Positions 58,000 to 64,000 of a stretch of 64,000 nucleotides of DNA are shown piece by piece. Below the pieces are notes generated by a model. The model was given only the letters and a program-made list of their open reading frames with translations. It did not search any database and was not told where the DNA came from. The first letter of the stretch is position 1; each line of letters starts with the position of its first letter. The position numbers were made by a program, and so were the translations under genes. Source of the DNA: Thermodesulfovibrionales bacterium (GTDB lineage Bacteria > Nitrospirota > Thermodesulfovibrionia > Thermodesulfovibrionales > UBA6898); contig JBIOIY010000002.1 of assembly GCA_044450345.1 (NCBI GenBank), positions 107,852 through 171,851 of the forward strand, given 5' to 3'.

Positions 58000-59343
58000 C
58001 TAGCTTGCTCGCGCCTTAAGGAAAGCGGGAATCGCATTCGCTTCCCTGGGTCCTACTGTTATCTTCCATCCCGGGAGCTTGTCCTCGATAGAACCGCTCA
58101 ATATAGCGACGTATCCCGGGATAATAAGTTCCTTGTGGGATATCTCCTTATCAACGCCGCTCTCCGTGATAAACTGTGCTATCTTCGATGCGGTGAATTT
58201 TCCCGCTGCCCATCCGGTCAGGACCGAAAGCCCTTCGCAATCTAACACGGCCAATCTGCTCGGCACCTTGCTGTTCTCTATTTCTCCTGAAACGATAAAG
58301 TAGGTGAGGGAGAAATTAGACGTGATGAAGAGCGGAGCCTCCGTCTTCGCATCCCCTATAGTATAGATTTTCTGTTCTACCTGCATCGGGACCTGCGGGT
58401 CGGTATAGATGTTCTGGCGCAGGGTAAACAGGGCAAGGTTCTTCCATTTTTCGATGCTGCTCAAAACGACTATTGAAGAATATTTGGCCACGCCGATAAC
58501 AGCAATAAGGGCTTCATGAAGGCTATCTTCACGCTGCGCAAAATTGATCACAGGATATCCCACGGGCTTGAAATTCTTTTTTACGGCGGCCCTTCTCATA
58601 AGCGTGTTGTGTTCGAGAATGTCCTTTGCTTTCCTTGCGCCCGAGTCTATCACCATATCCTCAACGCCAAGGCCTTTGATCTTTTCTGTGAGATCGCAGA
58701 GCTCATCGAGGCCGTTTCCAACAACCCCGAGGACGGCCTTGTGCGTCTTGGCGACAGCCGCCATTGCTTCGAAATTTGAAGCGTTCGCGCCATACACAAC
58801 CGGCCTTTTACCCGCAAACAGTTTGATCGCGGTCTCTGCGGCCTTGGGATCAGCGGTGCAAAGGATCACGGGAACATCGGGGGCCTTGCCGGCAACCACT
58901 TTTGCTGCGGCTTCGAACTTGCCCGCATCATTCGATGCATTCGTAAGTGCGATAGCGTTAATCCTCAACTTTTGACCGACGCGGTCTATTTCAGACCCGA
59001 GCACCTCTCCGGCCAGCTTGGATATTTCGCCCTCTGAAGCAGTGTCCCTTATCTCGACGGCAAAGACGCAGGGATTCACGAATTTCTTCTCATGTCTGAA
59101 CAGGACAGTCTCCTCCCCCATCTTTACTGCCATGCCGCCGACACCAAAGGTTATCGGCCTGACAGGCGGGGCAGACGCCTCGCCGAGTACCCTTTTTGCC
59201 TCTTCAGATACGTCCGGGCATGAATCAAGTGTCGCTTGCCGCTGGGCAAGTTTCATCGCAAAGGCAAGGCAGGTAGGATGTCCGCATTTCTTACAATTTG
59301 TTTTCGGTAACAGCTTAAATATTTCAACGCCTGATAACGCCAT
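58000..59343 (-). CDS. acsC: Corrinoid iron-sulfur protein large subunit
   Basis: It has the N-terminal 4Fe-4S motif CKKCGHPTCLAFAMKLA...CPD, a TIM-barrel middle domain and a C-terminal B12-binding-like domain. Confidence 0.93.
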   Translation of the reverse strand: MALSGVEIFKLLPKTNCKKCGHPTCLAFAMKLAQRQATLDSCPDVSEEAKRVLGEASAPPVRPITFGVGGMAVKMGEETVLFRHEKKFVNPCVFAVEIRDTASEGEISKLAGEVLGSEIDRVGQKLRINAIALTNASNDAGKFEAAAKVVAGKAPDVPVILCTADPKAAETAIKLFAGKRPVVYGANASNFEAMAAVAKTHKAVLGVVGNGLDELCDLTEKIKGLGVEDMVIDSGARKAKDILEHNTLMRRAAVKKNFKPVGYPVINFAQREDSLHEALIAVIGVAKYSSIVVLSSIEKWKNLALFTLRQNIYTDPQVPMQVEQKIYTIGDAKTEAPLFITSNFSLTYFIVSGEIENSKVPSRLAVLDCEGLSVLTGWAAGKFTASKIAQFITESGVDKEISHKELIIPGYVAILSGSIEDKLPGWKITVGPREANAIPAFLKARAS

Positions 59344-59357
59344 TTGATTGACCTCCG

Positions 59358-60299
59358 TTACATTAGTTCTTCAATGGTTTTTTGGACGGCCTCAACCGCC
59401 TTTGGATGTCTCATAATAAGCAACTCAGCACCGGCAACAAGCAAGGCGGTAGCTGTAACAGCCTCCCATGCGATGCCGCGCTCCTCGACAGTACCCCAGT
59501 GAGGCAGATCCGTCTCGGATGCTTGAGCCTCCTTGACCTTCCAGACATACATTCCGACGTCGCCCATTAGAGGCGGCTGCATGGTGGCGTCATTCTGCGT
59601 CAGCGCTGCGAGTCGTATCCTCTCCATGACCGAATAGGTATATTCAAGCCCGTATCCCAGTGCCGAGCACATGGGGTCCGTTATCAGTTTTTCCTTCTCG
59701 AAACCCATCTGGCCAATAAGGATGTTGAGCTGTTTCGAGAGGTTTATATCAAGCTCAGACATGGCGATAAGCTTATGATTGTTTGCCATTGCCGCGGCAG
59801 CTATCGTCTTATAGTTCGCCTCCTGGGCCTTGCCGATGATGCAGTTCTTATCCTTTGCCGCCTCGGCAGCAGCCACGAGCACTGCCGAATCCTTTTCAGG
59901 ATGGTTGCTTCCGAGGACGACGAGGGGCACATTAATGGACGCCAGAACGTCCTTCACTGTCTTCGCAGCATCTTCAGGTGAGCGGTTTTCCCTGTCAGGA
60001 TGAGTACCGATCAGCCTCAACGCTATAGCCTTCGCCTTGAGTTCATCCTGGCAATATCTGGCCCACTTAACCGGATCACCCGAAACCCCCTCAAATGGTT
60101 TCTTCACGTTCTCCGGCCAGTCCGCAGGCGGCACGTCCTGGATCTCAAGTGCAATAACCGGCCTGTTCGGAGCACTGCCTTCAAAAGAATGGAAAGGGAG
60201 AACGTTTTCTCCTCCGACCGTAGCCGCGCTATCCCCCATTCCGATGGTTACGGGATATACCTTCCCCGAATATGTCTCTTTTGCTGGTGTAAAAGCCAT
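59358..60299 (-). CDS. acsD: Corrinoid iron-sulfur protein small subunit
   Basis: The length and blocks are typical of AcsD/CdhD (VTIGMGDSAATVGGENVLPFH, PLVVLGS). It lies between acsC and acsE. Confidence 0.9.
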   Translation of the reverse strand: MAFTPAKETYSGKVYPVTIGMGDSAATVGGENVLPFHSFEGSAPNRPVIALEIQDVPPADWPENVKKPFEGVSGDPVKWARYCQDELKAKAIALRLIGTHPDRENRSPEDAAKTVKDVLASINVPLVVLGSNHPEKDSAVLVAAAEAAKDKNCIIGKAQEANYKTIAAAAMANNHKLIAMSELDINLSKQLNILIGQMGFEKEKLITDPMCSALGYGLEYTYSVMERIRLAALTQNDATMQPPLMGDVGMYVWKVKEAQASETDLPHWGTVEERGIAWEAVTATALLVAGAELLIMRHPKAVEAVQKTIEELM

Positions 60300-60316
60300 C
60301 TTATCCTCCTAATAAT

Positions 60317-60379
60317 CAGTATCAGTGTTTAGTATCAGTGCGTTATGTCAGTCCGGATTCATTATCCTGACTGATACTG
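60317..60379 (-). repeat. Intercistronic repeat element between acsE and acsD
   Basis: A 10-nt direct repeat (AGTATCAGTG) occurs at 60318 and 60331. An inverted copy (CTGATACTG) lies at 60371-60379. It sits next to the acsD SD site. Confidence 0.6.
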
Positions 60380-60385
60380 CATTTA

Positions 60386-61243
60386 TCACATTTCGAGATA
60401 CGAATGGGCGTAAAGGGTATTGCCCCTAATGACATCAAGCGTCTTTGTTATCTCCGCCATTTTTTTTGCGTCATCAAGCTTCTTCCCGGCCAGAACATCG
60501 TCAAACAGTTTCTTTTCATTAATGGCCTCTGCCATCTCGTGGGCGTCAGCAATGGCGGAGGTCAGTCCCGCATTCATAAGCATTAAAAAATAATATTTAT
60601 TCAATATCGGTCTTAGCTGCTTAGGGCAACCGTTGGAAATATTGCTCAGCCCGACAACGGTTTTCATCGGTGGATCGTTCATTTCCTGAAACATCTTAAT
60701 CGCCTCAATAACTTTCATTGCGTGGTCCTGAGAAGTTGCGATCTGAAGGACCAACGGATCAAGATATAAGTCTTCAAGTGGCACCCCATACTCCATTGCC
60801 CTAGCCATTATATCCGCAGCTAGTGCAGCCCTTTCCCCGGCGTCTGCAGGAAGTCCGCCTTTCCCCACCGTAAGCCCAATGACTTGTGCCTTATATTTCG
60901 CTCCAAGTTCAAGAATAGGGAATCTCTCGGGGTCATTGGATGTTGAATTAATTAATGCCCTGCCCCACTGATTGTTATGGACTTTCAATCCTGCCTCTAT
61001 TGCCTTTGCATTTGTTGTATCAAGGCATACCGGCAGAGAGACGACCTCTTGAATCGTTGTAACCATCCACTGCATCAAATCCTCTCCGCCGTCTTCTGCA
61101 GGGCCTATATTGGCATCAATTACGCCGGACCCCTCCTTCCACTGTCGGGTCGCGATCTCCTGTATCGGTCCCTTGTCTTTCTTCATCATCGCTTCTCTGA
61201 CCTTCTTCGCTATGATGCTCAACTTTTCGCCTATTATCAGCAT
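60386..61243 (-). CDS. acsE: Methyltetrahydrofolate:corrinoid/iron-sulfur protein methyltransferase
   Basis: It is colinear with Moorella AcsE as I recall it (MLIIGEK, LDTTNAKAIEAGLK, LINSTS, LYLDPLVL, VGLSNISNG). Confidence 0.92.
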   Translation of the reverse strand: MLIIGEKLSIIAKKVREAMMKKDKGPIQEIATRQWKEGSGVIDANIGPAEDGGEDLMQWMVTTIQEVVSLPVCLDTTNAKAIEAGLKVHNNQWGRALINSTSNDPERFPILELGAKYKAQVIGLTVGKGGLPADAGERAALAADIMARAMEYGVPLEDLYLDPLVLQIATSQDHAMKVIEAIKMFQEMNDPPMKTVVGLSNISNGCPKQLRPILNKYYFLMLMNAGLTSAIADAHEMAEAINEKKLFDDVLAGKKLDDAKKMAEITKTLDVIRGNTLYAHSYLEM

Positions 61244-61784
61244 TACTTCGCACTCCTTTCCTTAACTTTTCATTATAAATTTCTCATGAAAAAAAAATGT
61301 GAGAATCCTTCAAAAAACAGAGCATCAACAACAGTTAATAATAAATCTTATAGATACTCCTTAGAATAATCCTAAGAACAATAACATATTTTAATAAGCC
61401 CATAAAATTTATTATTTTAATAAAGTTAATAAGTTTTTTTTATTAACTAATAAGATTTTACCGGCCTCCTTTCCGCAAAAAAGATCAAAATAGGCAACAT
61501 TGTCTAATTTACCATGTAGCGACACGTAAAGATAGGAAAAATAACATATTTTGGACTCCAAAATAAAGCACTTGGGTGATAGTTTTAATTTATAAATGCA
61601 TAAGCATTACCCAAAAGGCCTATGCCGACACTTCTATACGGCAAAACTGCCCACCAGTGGTGACACTCCATGCTTCTTCCTGCCAATAATTCCCCCCCTA
61701 TCTTAAATCGGCTTGGTATCACTTAGTCGGACACGTAAGCTTCCCCAAAAAGCAGACATTTTTCAAGAATACTTAGAATCCTTT
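61244..61784 (-). promoter_or_regulatory. 540-bp AT-rich non-coding leader/promoter region of the acs operon with repeated motifs
   Basis: No credible ORF lies here. An exact 13-mer (AATAACATATTTT) occurs at 61380 and 61540. A 9-mer (GACACGTAA) occurs at 61521 and 61730. An 8-bp inverted repeat (AGTTAATA/TATTAACT) lies at 61434-61458. A CACCAGTGGTG palindrome lies near 61651. Confidence 0.5.
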
Positions 61785-63044
61785 TTAACAGGGTGATGTC
61801 GACCTGCTGTAATTCACCCCTTTTTCGAGCCCTTCGATCCTGAAAAGCGGCTCTCCTGCGATCAGTTCCCCGAGCCTTTCGGGCTTCAGTTGATTATAGA
61901 AAACAGGCATCACCAGATTACCGTCGTCGCGATAGCCGATCAAGTTCTTTCTTAACGACCCATCCCTGAGAATTATATCAGTGATCTGGAGTTTCCGGTA
62001 GAGCCTGATATACGTGTTGATGCCGACACTGTCAGGCTGGACCCTCCTGAATAGATCCAGGTAAAAAAGGAGTGTATCCTCCTCCTCATAGGGAAAACCG
62101 CAAAGAAAATCCACTACGATCTTGAGTCCGCTTGACTTAGCGAGGAATATCATCTTTTCGATGTCGGTCCAGTACATAGGGCACTTCTTCCAGGAATCAA
62201 CAGTGAGCGTTATCAAGGAAACCCCGCTATCCTTCATCAGCCTGAAGAGCTTTTTATTATAGTTTGCCGGTTTCATATAAAGGGCCCAGTCAATGCCCAG
62301 TCCTTCCTTTATTAATGAGCTGCAAAAATCCAGCGCATAATCGAGGTCTTCGTTAAATTCAGAGTCGCAGAGGTGGAAGCGCTTACATCCGGCATCGACG
62401 AACTGCCGGATCTCGCCGACAACATCCTGAATTCTTTTGAATGACACCCTGGTATTCGCTTCGATACAATACACACAGGACGAACTGCAGCCCTTGTGCG
62501 TATCGAAGCCCGCGATTCCCCCATGTTCGACATATTTTTCGTAATCTATTTTATCCGCCTTGCGCGGACACGAAATATCATATCGATATTTTCTGGAATG
62601 TATTTTCTGCCCCATGTTCTCTCCCCTGCCGATATCGGCAAGCAGTTCATCGATGCAGCCTTCGGCAGGCCCGGTAACCGCGTAATCGGTGCCTAGGTAT
62701 TCAAGGACACTCTCAGGATCAGTCGCCATCCCACTCCCTCCCAAAATTACCTTCAACCCGCACAACTGTCTTATGTGCGATACGATATCTCTTATGTCAT
62801 CGAGAAAGAATTCATTTGTCTGGTGGAGGACTGTATCCACGTTCCTTACGGTAATACCGACAATATCGGGCTTAAATTCAACCACCGCCTTATCGATATC
62901 ACCAAAGGGGGAATCGGAAAAACAGAGGTCGAGTATCTCCACCGCGTGACCTGATTCCTCGAGTGTGCCGGCAACATGTTCGAGCCCTATCGGCGGCACG
63001 GGAGGGGATTTATACCTGTTGGGATTAATCAGAAGGACTCTCAT
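61785..63044 (-). CDS. B12-binding domain radical SAM protein
   Basis: It has an N-terminal cobalamin-binding-like fold (MRVLLINPN...PPIGLEHVAGTLEESGHAVEILD) and the radical SAM motif GCSSSCVYC (CxxxCxxC). Confidence 0.85.
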   Translation of the reverse strand: MRVLLINPNRYKSPPVPPIGLEHVAGTLEESGHAVEILDLCFSDSPFGDIDKAVVEFKPDIVGITVRNVDTVLHQTNEFFLDDIRDIVSHIRQLCGLKVILGGSGMATDPESVLEYLGTDYAVTGPAEGCIDELLADIGRGENMGQKIHSRKYRYDISCPRKADKIDYEKYVEHGGIAGFDTHKGCSSSCVYCIEANTRVSFKRIQDVVGEIRQFVDAGCKRFHLCDSEFNEDLDYALDFCSSLIKEGLGIDWALYMKPANYNKKLFRLMKDSGVSLITLTVDSWKKCPMYWTDIEKMIFLAKSSGLKIVVDFLCGFPYEEEDTLLFYLDLFRRVQPDSVGINTYIRLYRKLQITDIILRDGSLRKNLIGYRDDGNLVMPVFYNQLKPERLGELIAGEPLFRIEGLEKGVNYSRSTSPC

Positions 63045-63259
63045 GGCTCTATAATAAAATAATGGACGATATTATTGTCCAGTGCAGCACCCCAATTAAT
63101 GTGAGACCTTCTCACTGAAATAGTCCGCATGATATACTTCCTGAAATCAACTTGAAAATGACCTATTGAAGAAGTAAAGGGTACAACCTTTACCGACTGA
63201 ACTAAGGTGAACGGTGGGTTTTTACCGCGTTCCTCTTGAGCGACTCGTTAGACGGCGGT

Positions 63260-63851
63260 TCACTGATTTTTCTTTAGGTCTTTAATTAATTGGCTTAGAA
63301 GCCTGAGTTGTTCCTGTTGATGTGAAATAAGTTCACTCCATGGCTTCTCCCTAAGCAAGTCTATTTTCTCATGGAGCGTCATTATTTCAAGCTCCGCCTT
63401 TAAGTTGACTTCGTTAATCGTGCTCCGCGCTTAGTCGATCTTTGGAGGCCTGTCGGTTTTGAGACATCAAGATTATTGGGGCTTGAATGGCGGCAAGGAT
63501 AGACAAAAAGAAGATTTAGCAGAATGTACGGGTATGGATCAAATGATTTATCAAGCTTGATCAGAACGAACGAATTCAGGAAAACCCAAGTAACCATTAC
63601 AACCGCAAAGATTGAGATGAAAACCAAGAGCCTCCAAAAGTTGCGACCTTATCAGCCATCCTCTGGCCGAAAGTCAGTTGTTCGGAAAAGTCTTGAGCGA
63701 CATTCCTTGCAATGTGGGTTCTCTCGGCGAGATGATGAGCAACATGCTTCTCTTGCTTGCCAAGTTGCTCATATTTCGTGCGAAAAAGCTTTTCTGATAT
63801 TTCGACTTCTTTTTGATTCATCGTGTTATCCTTTGGATTGTGGTCTAACAT
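63260..63851 (-). pseudogene. DUF1003-family membrane protein gene disrupted by three frameshifts
   Basis: Family-typical segments lie in alternating frames. The order is FGQRMADKVATFGGSW, then FAVVMVTWVFLNS...FDPYPYILLNL, then AAIQAPIILMSQNRQASKDRLSAEHD, then INEVNLKAELEIMTLHEKIDLL...KKNQ followed by the stop. Confidence 0.7.
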
Positions 63852-63857
63852 TATTTT

Positions 63858-64000
63858 TTATGCCGAATGCGTATTCTCGGATAACACTCTGAATGTGTCG
63901 GCGTAGTTCATCGGCGTTCTCATTGCGCCGTCGGCAATAATGTGATTGGCGATATCAACGCATATCTCTATCATCATCTGTAGCGTTCTTTCAATAATAC
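63858..64000 (-). CDS. DUF86/HepT-like protein fragment (5' end outside the window, 3'-truncated relative to the family)
   Basis: The minus-strand translation is IIERTLQMMIEICVDIANHIIADGAMRTPMNYADTFRVLSENTHSA followed by a stop. It matches the central helices of DUF86. It ends before the C-terminal region that normally carries the RxxxxHxY motif. Confidence 0.5.
   Translation of the reverse strand, partial: IIERTLQMMIEICVDIANHIIADGAMRTPMNYADTFRVLSENTHSA

Noticed and set aside
61600-61720. A possible cobalamin or metal riboswitch lies in the acs leader (GGGAAU...CACCACUGGUGGGCAG).
   Set aside because: I could not find the B12 box (AGCCxGxAGACCUGCC-like) or any other complete riboswitch core by eye. 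I kept it only as a suggestion to run a covariance-model scan.
63187-63205. A tRNA D-arm-like string (TTAGTTCAGTCGGTAAAGG on the minus strand) lies between the DUF1003 pseudogene and the radical SAM gene.
   Set aside because: The D-stem does not pair. No acceptor, anticodon or T arm can be built around it. The adjacent GTAAAGG/CCTTTAC hairpin explains part of the match. At most it is an eroded fragment.

Overview
This is a dense 64-kb chromosomal window with about 62 coding genes. By gene content it comes from a strictly anaerobic, probably uncultivated bacterium. The content fits an acetyl-CoA-pathway organism, possibly Nitrospirota or Desulfobacterota, but that taxonomic guess is tentative and cannot be verified without a search. 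I found no rRNA, tRNA, CRISPR array, transposase or integrase.

Most of the window is housekeeping operons, often chained by ATGA or GTGA start/stop overlaps:
- a peptide/nickel-type ABC importer with no ATPase genes
- ppdK
- purM, an M23 peptidase and a bactofilin
- surE, a FAD protein and pcm
- a MoxR, DUF58 and transglutaminase module with a divergent DUF4388 gene
- argH
- a REC-PAS-PAS-HisKA_3 kinase with a NarL-type regulator
- gmhA
- ruvCAB, queH, DUF2905, spoIID, queA and a SPOR-domain gene
- phoH, a pgpH-like gene, ybeY and dgkA
- a glutamine amidotransferase (GATase), glnB and glnA
- a GAF/sigma-54 activator
- htrA
- a YeiH-like transporter
- recD2
- nadK, udg and a small Cys-rich ORF
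- scpA, a CBS-domain gene and tsaE

The metabolic centrepiece is a complete carbonyl-branch Wood-Ljungdahl operon (acsE-acsD-acsC-acsB-cooS, minus strand). It ends back-to-back with nfnAB and lies near a DUF3786 gene. A 540-bp AT-rich leader with repeated motifs and a B12-binding radical SAM gene lie upstream.

Items worth a second look:
- an internally duplicated 4-Cys mini-protein coupled to udg
- a DgkA-PAP2 fusion
- a degenerate GGDEF protein carrying a CxxCxxC insert
- a phoH N-terminal region with no canonical start codon
- repeat elements inside and upstream of the acs operon
- a gene-decay patch at the right edge (a triple-frameshifted DUF1003 gene next to a truncated HepT/DUF86 gene)

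I did not find a clear novel multi-gene system such as a defence island. All calls rest on motif recognition by eye, with no database search.
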